DNA of 32,000 nucleotides, taken from Pirellula staleyi DSM 6068 (GTDB lineage Bacteria > Planctomycetota > Planctomycetia > Pirellulales > Pirellulaceae). The DNA lies in NCBI GenBank assembly GCA_000025185.1, contig CP001848.1, positions 3,690,001 to 3,722,000 on the forward strand, in the 5' to 3' direction. A model generated the notes under the pieces. It had not been told where the DNA came from. It made no database searches and was given only the letters and a program-made list of their open reading frames with translations. This document shows positions 1 to 9,511 of the stretch, one piece after another. The translations under genes were made by a program, and so were the position numbers. Numbering within the stretch: the stretch's first letter is position 1; the number at the start of each line of letters is the position of its first letter.

Positions 1-3000
1 ATTGAGATCTACGAGAACGGAACTCTTGTTCAATCATCGCTCGCCGATGGCATCAATAGCATCACTATCAATGGCTCTACCGATGACGACACGTTAATTG
101 TCGATCTGGGTGGAGGTGACGTGATCCCACTATCCAATATCAAATTCAATGCAGGAGTCGGTGGAAATGATGTCTTGACCCTCAACGGCGGTGCGAACAC
201 GTTTGGGACAGTCACGCACACGTTTGTTTCAGCCACCGATGGTAGCGTAGCGATTACTGGGCTGGGGCTAATCAACTATACCGGCCTCGACCCGATCAAC
301 GATAACCTCTCGGCCACCGATCGCGTCTTCAACTACACCGGTGGTGGTGAAACCATGACCGTCACCGATACCGGTGGTGCTGATGGCATGAGCACTATCA
401 CCTCCACTCTTGGAGAATCGGTCACTTTCGTCAGCCCGACCATTTCCCTAACTATCGATGTGAACACCGGGGCTACCGTTGGGGCCGACGTCATCACCAT
501 CACCTCGATCGATGCCGCCTATCGCGCTTCGACCACGATCCTCTCCGGCACCGACGACACGGTGAACCTCAACGCCGCCCTCACCCTCGGCAGCGGAACT
601 TCGGTAGGCGATCTCAGCGTGATTTCGGGCGATATCAATATCACCCAAGCCATCAACACCACTGCAGGCGCTAGTGGCACCGTCACGCTCACTGCCCTGG
701 ATGTGCTTGATACGTCAGCCGCTGCCGACATCACTTCAGGCGGCACTGTGACCATCGCAGCCACAACTCAGTACAATCTCAGCGGCGATGTCGTCTCGAC
801 CGGCGACAGTATCACCATCAGCGGACCGATCAATCAAACCGCTAACGTGCAAATTGCCTCAGCTGGTGGCAACGTTCAAATCAACGGCACCATCAACGAT
901 GATGGCGTTGCCAGCAATCGTAATCTCACGGTGAATGCTGGCGCGGGCAACATCAACTTTGCATCTGCGATTGGTGGCACCACTCCGCTCAATAATCTGT
1001 CGATCACTGGCGCTAACATCAACGCAGGCGCGATTGCTGTTGCTACAGCGCTTTCGGTCACTACTACCGGAACATCTCAGATCAGTGGCGTCATCAGTGG
1101 CGCAACCTCGCTCACTAAACTCGGCACCGGTATTCTTAGCCTTACGGCGGAGAATACCTTTACCGGTGGCACGAATGCTAACGAAGGTATCCTGAATCTT
1201 GCCGATCCCTCAACAGGTCCCATTGGCACGGTGCGTGGAACCGTCAATGTCGCTGCCGCGGGAACGCTTCGGCTGTCTACTGGCAACGCTCTTGGCTACG
1301 GCGCGGGAACCAAGGTCGATGTTCTCAATATCAATGGTGGTCTCGTCGACAACGTTGCCTCCAGCGATAACGGATGGGGCATCACCATCAACATGAATGG
1401 TGGCACGCTCCGCACGAACAATGGTGTCAGCAGCAATTCAACCGGCCAACTCTACTCGCTCGGGAATGGTTCGGCCATCAACGTATTGAGCGGAACGGCC
1501 AATGTTCAGGGACGCATCAATATCCGCGAGAGTAATCCAGGAGGTGTCCTCCCGATTAATGTTGCTAGCGGTGCAACGCTCAATTATTCCGCTGCCACCA
1601 CGCAGCAGGGCGGTACGCACGGGATCACCAAGACCGGCCTAGGCACGATGGTCCTGCAAAACGCATCCGCGGCAACAGCCGGTGGAGTTTTCACAGTTGA
1701 CGCAGGTCAGGTGGACGTTGGCCCTGGTGCCGTCAGCGATGGCGCTTGGGCTGCGAACGTCGCGATCAACAATGGCGGCACCTTGCGGCTGTTGCAAGGT
1801 AACGTGTTTAACAACACTAGCGACTTCACCATCAACACCGGCGGCACGTTCAACATGAACGGCTTCTCCGACGCGATCGGTAACCTCGCTGGCGGCGGCA
1901 ATATTACCAACAACAATGATGCCAACGGCATCTATCTCGACGATCTCAATGCCACCCACACCTTTAGTGGTTCGATCTCCGGCACAGGTCCACTCATTAT
2001 CCGTGGAAATATTGCGAACTCCGGAACGCAAGTTTTCTCGGGCGGCACGGTTGCCCTAGGAGGTCTTCGCATCGGACGCGGTACCGTCACTTTCAATGGA
2101 CCGACCGCTACGATTGCCGGTGTAACCATTGTTGGCACCAACCGTGGCGATCAAGTGGGAGGCATTCCAGACGTTGCTGTCAATGCAGTTCTTAATGTTC
2201 AAGCAGGTACCTTTTCAACCGTTGGTTTTGAACTAGGGAATTCCAGCGGTAGTGCCAATGCAATCGTGGCCACCATCAATCAATCAGGTGGCACGGTTAC
2301 TACGACGGGCAATGTCGCCGAATCAAATGGAGTGCGATTGGGGCATTATCCCCAAAGCAATACCACCTACAACATGCAAGGTGGCACGCTCAACGTAAAT
2401 GGCGGCGTTTCGTTGTCTTCGGCAACCGACGGTACCGGCGCGTTCATCCAAACGGGTGGGACGGTTAATGCAACGCAGATTGATGTGAATAGCCGTGTCG
2501 GAACAACAGGTAACGGCACGTTCACACTCAATGGTGGCACGTTCAATCTTGGTGCTGGTGGCATTGTGACTGACGGTGGTGGCGGTCCTTACACCGTGAA
2601 TTTAGGTGGTGGGGTGCTGGTGGCCACAGCTGCTTGGAGTTCTTCGCTCAATATCAATCTCACCAATGCCGTTGGTCCTGCAGTGATCAACACAAATGGT
2701 TTTGACGTCACTCTATCGGGTATCCTTTCGGGCGCAGGTGGACTGACAAAGCGTGGTAATGGTGTCTTGACGGTAAGCAACTCCGCCAGTTCTTTCAGCG
2801 GCGAGAATCGAATCGAAGGTGGATTCCTAGCGACTCCTGATGTAGCCAACAGCGGACTCAACAGTCCTCTGGGGACGAACAGCAACATTGTGCTCACTGG
2901 TGGAAGCTTGCGTTACACCGGGAGTGTGGTCGATTCGATGAATCGCACGATTACCGTTAGTGCAGGTGGTGGTGGCATCGATGTCTCCAATGCTGCTGGC

Positions 3001-6000
3001 AACCTGACGATCTCTGGAAACGTCAGCGGCGTTGGTCAAACCTTGGCAAAAGGTGGTGCTGGCACCCTGGTGCTCAACCCCACTACGGTTAGCCTCGCGA
3101 ATTTCTGGGCCGCGGGGGGTAACACCAACTTTGCAGGTTCAGGAACGTTCAGCTTTACTGGAGTGCTTAACGCAGGGGTAAATACAGCTGGTGTCTTGCT
3201 CGTTGGTGAAGGGACGATCAACGTCCAAGACGCCGTAGTGGTGAATGTGAGTGAAATCTCCATCAACAATCATGGCCAAGCCGGTGCCATGACTCAGTCG
3301 GGGACAAGTGACGTGAACGTCTCGGGATTGTTCCGAGTTGGTCACTGGTCTGGCGGAAGTGCTGCAGGTTCCTACTCGATCTCGGGAGGAACGCTCGATC
3401 TAACGGGAGTTCCCGCCGGAGATATCAACATTGCAGGTGTTGGCGAACAGGTGGGTGTGATCTACCTTGGCATCGACGGCACCGGCGCGATGAACATTTC
3501 GGGTGGCACTGTGACTGCTCAAGCTGTGGTCCTCGATGGGCGTGGCAATACGTCAGGTACCGATACGCTCAATCTGACTGGCGGAACGCTGATCCTGAAC
3601 TCCACCACTGCAAATGGAAGTGGCTTTGAATCGGGGTCTCAGAATGCAAACACATCGTACGCCATCAACCTTGGTGGTTCTGGTACACCGGTTGTTCGGG
3701 CAGCAAACAACTTCGCCTCACCACTGAATATCACCCTTAACGGTCCTAACTCCGTTGCGTTTAATACACAAACCTTCACCGCGACACTCAACGGCCTGCT
3801 GAGTGGCACGGGTGGTTTATCGAAGAGTGGTGGTGGTACGTTGCTACTGGGTAATGCCGGAAGCACTTACACCGGAAACGTTGTGATTGATGGTGGAACG
3901 GTCCGCGCCACCGCTGGTCATAACAACACGAATGCCACAAGCGCTTTTGGCAACCCACTGGTCGCTCGTACTATCACGGCTAACTCGGGAACCTTCGTAG
4001 AGTTCGGTGCCTCGGATGTTTTTGGGAGCGCTACGGCAATTCCTGTTGCTTCGATTGTTGCTAACTCGGCAACTATCCAGTCCACAGGCAATTTCTTCAA
4101 CACCCTGGGACCAATCACTCTGAATGGCTCCACGCTCACTTCAACGGGTGGATTTTCGTCAGGCTACGAAGCTTGGCGTTTGTATGGCACTGTTACTGTG
4201 GGTGGCACCAATCCCTCAACGATCAGCGCGGCTGGAACCAATGGCGGTATCCATCTCCATACAAACACGAACTTCGATGTGGCTGATGTCACGGGCGATG
4301 ACAATCCCGACTTGCTAGTCTCTTCGGTTCTTCGCAATCAGACTGCCTCTCAATCCAGTGCAGCGGGTGATCTTTCCAAGCTCGGTGCGGGCAAACTTGT
4401 CCTTACTGGTAATAACACCTACGGTGCCACGTCGGTGCTTGATGGAACTTTGCTGGTGAATAACGTGGCGGGATCGGGGACGGGCAGTGGGCCGGTGGTA
4501 GTGAGTGGGACGGCGATTTTGAGGGGAACGGGAAGCATCGCAGGGACGGTCTCGATGACCGATTCGTCGCGGCTCGAGCCTGGCGCAAGTCCCGAGACAC
4601 TAGCGACCGGCAGTTTGTCGTTTACCGCAGGAACCACTTTCAACCCTGAGATCGGCGGCACCGCTCCGGGCAATGGAGTGACCGGCTACGATCAGGTGAA
4701 TGTCACCGGCACTGTTTCGCTTGGCGGAGCGACGCTCGATGTCGATCTGTTCGGCGGATTCACTCCCGATCCACTCCTGCTCCAAGAGTTTGTCATCATC
4801 ACCAATGATGGGACGGATGCGGTGGTGGGGACGTTTGCGGGGCTGGCCGAAGGAGCGGCAGTGGTGGTGGGTGGAAGCACGTTCTACATCAGCTACAGCG
4901 CCGATAGCGCGGGGCCAGGTGCGGGGAACGATGTCGCGCTCTATTCACAGCCGATCATCAACGGCACTGCCGGTGCTGATATCGTGACGGTCACAGCTGC
5001 CGATGGGGCGGGGAACATCACTGTCACTTACTCGCTCAACAATGGCGCGGTGATTGGTGGTTACACGACGACGACACCACCCAACGCCTTCACGTTCTAC
5101 GGCGGTGATTCCGACGACACACTGAACGTCAATCTCAACGCCATCAACGTCGCGCTCCCCGGAGGGATTTACTACGACGGTGAAGGGCAGGGCTCGCCGG
5201 TTGCAGCCGGCGGCAATCCCTCGTTTGGCGATGTGCTGGCGATTGTCGGCAACGGAAACCAGACGGCAACGTACACCAGCGACGCCGTGATTGCTCGCGC
5301 CGGAACGATCACCTCCGATGCCCTCGCCGGGACGATCACGTTCCGTGGTCTCGAGCCGGTGAACATGTTTAATCTGGCTAGCGCCGTCGTCAACTTCGGT
5401 GGCGCTGCCGACACGATCGACATCAGCGCTGGCTTTGGTGCAACGGTCGCTACCTCCGCAATTCCGGCCCTCGTTGTGAGTGGCAACAGCGGTGGCGTGG
5501 CGTTCGAGCAAGTTCATCTCTCGGGCAATATCGCTGTCGAGATCAACACCGTGACGGGTGGCTCCGATGCTGCCGACAGCGTCACCATCACGAGTGGTGC
5601 GAATGCGCATGCGAATGCGAACATCACGATTGATACGGGAGTGGGGGCCGATACGATCGAAGTGGATGGTCCGCTGATGGTTGGCGCTGGTGGTGCGATC
5701 AGCTTGACCTCAGGTGGTTCGATCAGCGTGAACAACACGATCACCGCCGGACTTGCTGTGACCCTCACCGCGCTCACCGGCTCGATCTCCGACGGCAACG
5801 GCGCGAGTGTAAACGTCGCGACCGGTCTGCTGGTCGCGCAGGCTGCCACCGGTGTGGCAAACGCCATCGATCTCGACACCACCATCACGTCGCTGATCGT
5901 TTCCACGACCGGCGCAACCAATGGCAACATCAACATCAACGAGACCAGCGGCCTCGCAGTCTCGTCCGCAACGACCGTGAATGGCAACATCACACTCACT

Positions 6001-9000
6001 GCTGCCAGTGGCGACATCGCCGTCACCACCATCACGGCCGTAGGCGATGCGACGCTGGTGGCGACGACGGGGGCGATTACGGATGCGAACGCAGGTGTGC
6101 TCAATGTGTCGGCGAGTAACCTGAGCGCGACGAGCGCTAGCGGGATCGATCTCGATACGAGCATCGCTACGCTTACCGCCAGCGTCACTGGCACCGGCGC
6201 GATCGACATCGATGAAGCGAGCGCCATCACGCTCACGAGCATCACGACGAATAGCGGTCTCGTCGACATCACCTCGGCGACCGGCACGATGACCGTGACG
6301 AGCATCAATGCCGCCGGCGCGGTGAACCTCGCGGTGACCGATACCGGCGCTGCCGACGACGACATCATCGTCAGTGGCACACTCAGCTCGACGAGCAACG
6401 TGGTGCTGCTGGCAGGGGACGATGCGACCCTCAGCGGCACGATCAGCGCGACGGGAACCGTCAGCGTGACGATTGATGCGGCGAGCGCGGATGTGGGTGG
6501 CGCGGTGCTGAGCTTTGCAGGGGATATCGACGCGGTGAGCGCGACGTTCACCGGCGGCGCAGAGATCGATACGTTCAACGTCCGGCCCGATCAAGACAAT
6601 GGACTCGCGAGCACGCCGATCAGCATCTTCGGTGGCAATCCGACGGTGCCAGCGGGCGATCTTTTAGTGCTCGATATCACGGGACTCGGCGTGCCGACAT
6701 TGACGCTCGGCGCAGTGGACTACAGCGGCGTCTGGTCGTTCGGCACATCGGCGGCAGGAGTTGCTTACACCTCGATCGAAACGGTGCAAACGACGCCGCT
6801 GACGTCGGTCTACAACCTCGTGCTCGACATGCGAATCGCCGGCTTCCAAAACGGTGCGGCCGACGCGATCGAGATCTTCCTGAGTGCTCCCAATGTGTTC
6901 GAAGTCGAGGTGAATGGCCTCGGCAAGTTCAGTGGCCAGGCCGATACGATCAACAGCTTCACGGTGATCGGCAGCAGCGATAGTGAGTCGCTGACGATCC
7001 GCGAAACAGCAGCGGGACTCCCGAGCTTCGACGGCGCTGCGCCGCTGGTCGATAACAGCCTCGCGTCGGGTGGTGTGAGCAATGGCGCGCACTTGAATAC
7101 AGCCGCCGATGCTTACTACACCGCGAGCAATCTGACCGATGTGACGATCCACTTCGATGGCGGGCTGGGCGATAACAGCCTCGCGCTCGAGCTCCTTACA
7201 GCCGCCGATGTCGGTTACTTCAGCGACGCTGTCGATGGTCAAGGAAGTGGCAACGTCGGTGTCGGTCCGAGCGGCGCGCCGCTGACCCTCGTCAGCTTCG
7301 CCGATCTCGACACGCTCATCCTCGACGGCGCTGGTGGCAACCTGGTGGTCGATGCTTCGAGCAGCACCAGCACTGCCGATATCGAGATCAGCGACGACGC
7401 ACTACTCGGTGACGGCGTGACCGAGATCACCGCCGATACGGGACTCGTTGCGACGACCACGTTCGAAGGTTTCCTCGCGCTCGACCTCATCGCCGGTGGC
7501 GGCAACGAAGCGATTGATCTGGTGAACATCGACAGCACGTCGAGCCTCACCAGCATCGATATTGTGGCTGGTTCGTCGCTCGCAGCGAGCGACAACAGCG
7601 CTCACACCGTTCGCATCCACGCGATCAAGAGTGGCGTGCCAGTGACAGTGACGGGCGACATCGGCGTCGACACGTTCCAGGTGTTTGACAGCGGGAATTC
7701 CGCATCGAACATCGCTTCGACTCTGTCGTTTAATGGCGTCGCCGGTGACGACGACGCGCTGATTGTCGACGACAGCGGAAGCGCTGCTGCCGACTCGGTC
7801 GTCATCACGCGCACCACGATCGAAGGGCTCACGATCGCGTCGGGAATCGACATCACGTTCACCAGCATCGACGATCTCGATGTGACGACGTCGGGCGGCG
7901 CCGATACGATCCGCGTCAACATGACCGAAGCGGCCAACGACCTTGATACGGCCGTTGTCACCGGTGCCGGAGACAACGATCAGTTCTACGTCAACGCTGC
8001 TGACTTCCTCGCGCGACTCACCCTCAACGGTGGTCTTGGCGACGACACGTTCGGCGGCACACCATCGAGCACCGCGCCCGGCTATCTGCTCAGCGCCAGT
8101 GAGCTCGACGGCGTCGACGACATGATTCGTCCGAGCCTCACGACCCCCTTCTTCATCAACGGCAACGATCCCACGGTGCTCCCAGGCGATGTGCTGAACA
8201 TCGATGTCTCGGCGCTCGGTGGCGGACTCGCCGCCACAAGCCCCGTGCTCGTGAGCAGCGGACAAGTGTTGAGCTCGACGCACGCGACCGTCACCTTCAC
8301 GACGATCGAAGATCTCAATCTGGCCGACGATGGCGAGATGACGAGCGCCACGGTGAGTGACATCTACATCCGCGGCACCAATGCGAGTGACACGATTCAG
8401 TTCGCTCGCGCCAACACCACACTCGAGCCCAATCGCACCCGCGTGCAGATCGGCTCGAGCTACACGTATCACAACGTCCCGGGCAAGACGCTGGTGTATG
8501 GCCGCGGCGGCAACGACATCATCAACCAATCGAACCTGCAGATTCCGGCGGAATTCTACGGCGAAGCAGGAGATGACTTCCTCACCGGCAGCTTCAATAA
8601 TGATCTCTTGGTCGGTGGTCTTGGCAACGATCGGATCAACGCCAGCAGCGGCAATAACATCGTCTGGGGCGACGACGCTCCGACGAGCGACGAGCTCAAT
8701 CCGCACGAGCTCAACATCGGTGGCAACGATACGCTGAGCGCGCTCGGCGGCAACGACATCTTCTACGCCGGTGGTGGCAACGATAGCGTGAGCCCAGGTG
8801 CGGGCGACGACTGGATCCACGGCGGCTACGGCAACGATCAGCTCTCGGGCAGCTCGGGCAACGACCGGATCTACGGCGCGCAAGGGAACGACACGATCAG
8901 TGGCGACGTCGGCGACGACTTCCTGAGCGGCGGCGATGGCGACGATCGGCTGTACGGCCGCGATGGCAACGATGTGCTGATCGGTGGCGACGGCGTTGAT

Positions 9001-9303
9001 CTGGTCGACGGCGGCAACGGCAACGACCTGGTGCTCGCGGCGATCACGACCTTCCAAGGGACGAGCGACACGGCGACGAGCAACACGTATAGCAGCGCGG
9101 TCGACGCCGCGATGCTCGCGCTGCTGGTCGCCTGGAACAGCGGCGGCCCAGTCGCCGCGAATCTCACCCACACCGACGATCTCGACCGCGACACCGTTTA
9201 CGGTGGCAGCGGCAACGATCTCTTCGGCACCCACACCAATGCCGACCCCCTCACCAGCGACATCCGCGGCGACTTCAATAACTCCCAAGACACCAGCCTC
9301 TAA
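1..9303 (+). CDS. Giant secreted/surface adhesin-like repeat protein, 5'-truncated by the window edge (>=3100 aa visible). It carries PATR-like autotransporter-associated beta-strand repeats, beta-helix-like T/S/G/A/I/V-rich repeats and C-terminal RTX calcium-binding repeats.
   Basis: Frame 1 is open from nt 1 (IEIYENGTLVQSSLADG...) to TAA at 9301-9303, so the GTG at 121 used by the ORF track is internal. There are repeated L(T/S)K-G-G-L-L-N-(T/S)-(F/Y)-(T/S)-G motifs, long low-complexity T/G/A/S/V/I repeats and GGxGxD nonapeptides near the C-terminus. All antisense ORFs inside it have Arg/Val/Asp-rich junk composition. Confidence 0.9.
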   Translation: MEIYENGTLVQSSLADGINSITINGSTDDDTLIVDLGGGDVIPLSNIKFNAGVGGNDVLTLNGGANTFGTVTHTFVSATDGSVAITGLGLINYTGLDPINDNLSATDRVFNYTGGGETMTVTDTGGADGMSTITSTLGESVTFVSPTISLTIDVNTGATVGADVITITSIDAAYRASTTILSGTDDTVNLNAALTLGSGTSVGDLSVISGDINITQAINTTAGASGTVTLTALDVLDTSAAADITSGGTVTIAATTQYNLSGDVVSTGDSITISGPINQTANVQIASAGGNVQINGTINDDGVASNRNLTVNAGAGNINFASAIGGTTPLNNLSITGANINAGAIAVATALSVTTTGTSQISGVISGATSLTKLGTGILSLTAENTFTGGTNANEGILNLADPSTGPIGTVRGTVNVAAAGTLRLSTGNALGYGAGTKVDVLNINGGLVDNVASSDNGWGITINMNGGTLRTNNGVSSNSTGQLYSLGNGSAINVLSGTANVQGRINIRESNPGGVLPINVASGATLNYSAATTQQGGTHGITKTGLGTMVLQNASAATAGGVFTVDAGQVDVGPGAVSDGAWAANVAINNGGTLRLLQGNVFNNTSDFTINTGGTFNMNGFSDAIGNLAGGGNITNNNDANGIYLDDLNATHTFSGSISGTGPLIIRGNIANSGTQVFSGGTVALGGLRIGRGTVTFNGPTATIAGVTIVGTNRGDQVGGIPDVAVNAVLNVQAGTFSTVGFELGNSSGSANAIVATINQSGGTVTTTGNVAESNGVRLGHYPQSNTTYNMQGGTLNVNGGVSLSSATDGTGAFIQTGGTVNATQIDVNSRVGTTGNGTFTLNGGTFNLGAGGIVTDGGGGPYTVNLGGGVLVATAAWSSSLNINLTNAVGPAVINTNGFDVTLSGILSGAGGLTKRGNGVLTVSNSASSFSGENRIEGGFLATPDVANSGLNSPLGTNSNIVLTGGSLRYTGSVVDSMNRTITVSAGGGGIDVSNAAGNLTISGNVSGVGQTLAKGGAGTLVLNPTTVSLANFWAAGGNTNFAGSGTFSFTGVLNAGVNTAGVLLVGEGTINVQDAVVVNVSEISINNHGQAGAMTQSGTSDVNVSGLFRVGHWSGGSAAGSYSISGGTLDLTGVPAGDINIAGVGEQVGVIYLGIDGTGAMNISGGTVTAQAVVLDGRGNTSGTDTLNLTGGTLILNSTTANGSGFESGSQNANTSYAINLGGSGTPVVRAANNFASPLNITLNGPNSVAFNTQTFTATLNGLLSGTGGLSKSGGGTLLLGNAGSTYTGNVVIDGGTVRATAGHNNTNATSAFGNPLVARTITANSGTFVEFGASDVFGSATAIPVASIVANSATIQSTGNFFNTLGPITLNGSTLTSTGGFSSGYEAWRLYGTVTVGGTNPSTISAAGTNGGIHLHTNTNFDVADVTGDDNPDLLVSSVLRNQTASQSSAAGDLSKLGAGKLVLTGNNTYGATSVLDGTLLVNNVAGSGTGSGPVVVSGTAILRGTGSIAGTVSMTDSSRLEPGASPETLATGSLSFTAGTTFNPEIGGTAPGNGVTGYDQVNVTGTVSLGGATLDVDLFGGFTPDPLLLQEFVIITNDGTDAVVGTFAGLAEGAAVVVGGSTFYISYSADSAGPGAGNDVALYSQPIINGTAGADIVTVTAADGAGNITVTYSLNNGAVIGGYTTTTPPNAFTFYGGDSDDTLNVNLNAINVALPGGIYYDGEGQGSPVAAGGNPSFGDVLAIVGNGNQTATYTSDAVIARAGTITSDALAGTITFRGLEPVNMFNLASAVVNFGGAADTIDISAGFGATVATSAIPALVVSGNSGGVAFEQVHLSGNIAVEINTVTGGSDAADSVTITSGANAHANANITIDTGVGADTIEVDGPLMVGAGGAISLTSGGSISVNNTITAGLAVTLTALTGSISDGNGASVNVATGLLVAQAATGVANAIDLDTTITSLIVSTTGATNGNININETSGLAVSSATTVNGNITLTAASGDIAVTTITAVGDATLVATTGAITDANAGVLNVSASNLSATSASGIDLDTSIATLTASVTGTGAIDIDEASAITLTSITTNSGLVDITSATGTMTVTSINAAGAVNLAVTDTGAADDDIIVSGTLSSTSNVVLLAGDDATLSGTISATGTVSVTIDAASADVGGAVLSFAGDIDAVSATFTGGAEIDTFNVRPDQDNGLASTPISIFGGNPTVPAGDLLVLDITGLGVPTLTLGAVDYSGVWSFGTSAAGVAYTSIETVQTTPLTSVYNLVLDMRIAGFQNGAADAIEIFLSAPNVFEVEVNGLGKFSGQADTINSFTVIGSSDSESLTIRETAAGLPSFDGAAPLVDNSLASGGVSNGAHLNTAADAYYTASNLTDVTIHFDGGLGDNSLALELLTAADVGYFSDAVDGQGSGNVGVGPSGAPLTLVSFADLDTLILDGAGGNLVVDASSSTSTADIEISDDALLGDGVTEITADTGLVATTTFEGFLALDLIAGGGNEAIDLVNIDSTSSLTSIDIVAGSSLAASDNSAHTVRIHAIKSGVPVTVTGDIGVDTFQVFDSGNSASNIASTLSFNGVAGDDDALIVDDSGSAAADSVVITRTTIEGLTIASGIDITFTSIDDLDVTTSGGADTIRVNMTEAANDLDTAVVTGAGDNDQFYVNAADFLARLTLNGGLGDDTFGGTPSSTAPGYLLSASELDGVDDMIRPSLTTPFFINGNDPTVLPGDVLNIDVSALGGGLAATSPVLVSSGQVLSSTHATVTFTTIEDLNLADDGEMTSATVSDIYIRGTNASDTIQFARANTTLEPNRTRVQIGSSYTYHNVPGKTLVYGRGGNDIINQSNLQIPAEFYGEAGDDFLTGSFNNDLLVGGLGNDRINASSGNNIVWGDDAPTSDELNPHELNIGGNDTLSALGGNDIFYAGGGNDSVSPGAGDDWIHGGYGNDQLSGSSGNDRIYGAQGNDTISGDVGDDFLSGGDGDDRLYGRDGNDVLIGGDGVDLVDGGNGNDLVLAAITTFQGTSDTATSNTYSSAVDAAMLALLVAWNSGGPVAANLTHTDDLDRDTVYGGSGNDLFGTHTNADPLTSDIRGDFNNSQDTSL
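1111..4465 (+). repeat. Protein-level repeat region inside the giant CDS with at least 6 PATR-like units (autotransporter-associated beta-strand repeat type).
   Basis: Units seen: LTKLGTGILSLTAENTFTGGTNANEGILNL (1111-1200), GITKTGLGTMVLQNAS (approx. 1621), GLTKRGNGVLTVSNSASSFSGENRIEGGFLA (approx. 2739), LAKGGAGTLVLN (approx. 3043), GLSKSGGGTLLLGNAGSTYTGNVVIDGGTVRA (approx. 3814), LSKLGAGKLVLTGNNTYGATSVLDGTLLVNN (approx. 4370). Confidence 0.7.
8497..9039 (+). repeat. RTX / hemolysin-type calcium-binding nonapeptide repeat block (about 16-17 GGxGxDxxx units) at the C-terminus of the giant protein.
   Basis: YGRGGNDIIN, GEAGDDFLTG, GGLGNDRIN, ALGGNDIFYAGGGNDSVSPGAGDDWIHGGYGNDQLSGSSGNDRIYGAQGNDTISGDVGDDFLSGGDGDDRLYGRDGNDVLIGGDGVDLVDGGNGNDLVL. 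One further isolated unit, GGSGNDLFG, lies near 9199-9228. Confidence 0.85.
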
Positions 9304-9305
9304 GC

Positions 9306-9340
9306 GGCCAGAGGCCAGAGGCCAGAGGCCAAAGAAGGCC
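9306..9340. repeat. Tandem heptanucleotide array GGCCARA x4 plus a trailing GAAGGCC (five GGCC palindromes), 3 nt after the giant gene stop codon.
   Basis: Read directly: ggccaga ggccaga ggccaga ggccaaa gaaggcc at 9306-9340. Confidence 0.9.
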
Positions 9341-9369
9341 TGAGACTAGAGGCGAGAGAAAGCAAGAGG

Positions 9370-9411
9370 CTAGAAACTAGGAACTAGGATCTAGAGACTA
9401 GGGACTAGCCA
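9370..9411. repeat. Tandem heptanucleotide array CTAGRRN x6, in perfect 7-nt phase, within a purine-rich tract.
   Basis: Read directly: ctagaaa ctaggaa ctaggat ctagaga ctaggga ctagcca at 9370-9411. One extra CTAG lies at 9346-9349. Confidence 0.9.
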
Positions 9412-9448
9412 AAGACGGAGCAGGCAGGAGCAGCTGAAGAGAGAGCAG

Positions 9449-9477
9449 TAAAACCGAGCAGCCAAAGGTGGCTGCTC
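9449..9477 (-). terminator. Rho-independent-type terminator for the minus-strand zinc-ribbon gene. It may also stop the convergent giant gene.
   Basis: Perfect 8-bp stem gagcagcc (9456-9463) / ggctgctc (9470-9477) with a 6-nt loop. On the minus strand the hairpin is followed by GGTTTTAC. It lies 35 nt downstream of the stop at 9512. On the plus strand it is followed by GGGGGG, with no U-tract. Confidence 0.55.
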
Positions 9478-9511
9478 GGGGGGCGATGGATGCTTATTCG
9501 ACGATCAAGAG

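Noticed and set aside
5514-9288. Large antisense ORFs inside the giant gene, for example 5514-6578 (354 aa), 5710-6594 (294 aa), 6664-7242 (192 aa) and 7402-9288 (628 aa), all on the minus strand.
   Set aside because: Their composition is Arg/Asp/Val/Ala-rich or Ser/Pro/Val-rich junk, typical of stop-free antisense frames opposite a GC-rich repetitive gene. They have no start context or SD, and they fully overlap a sense frame with clear repeat motifs.
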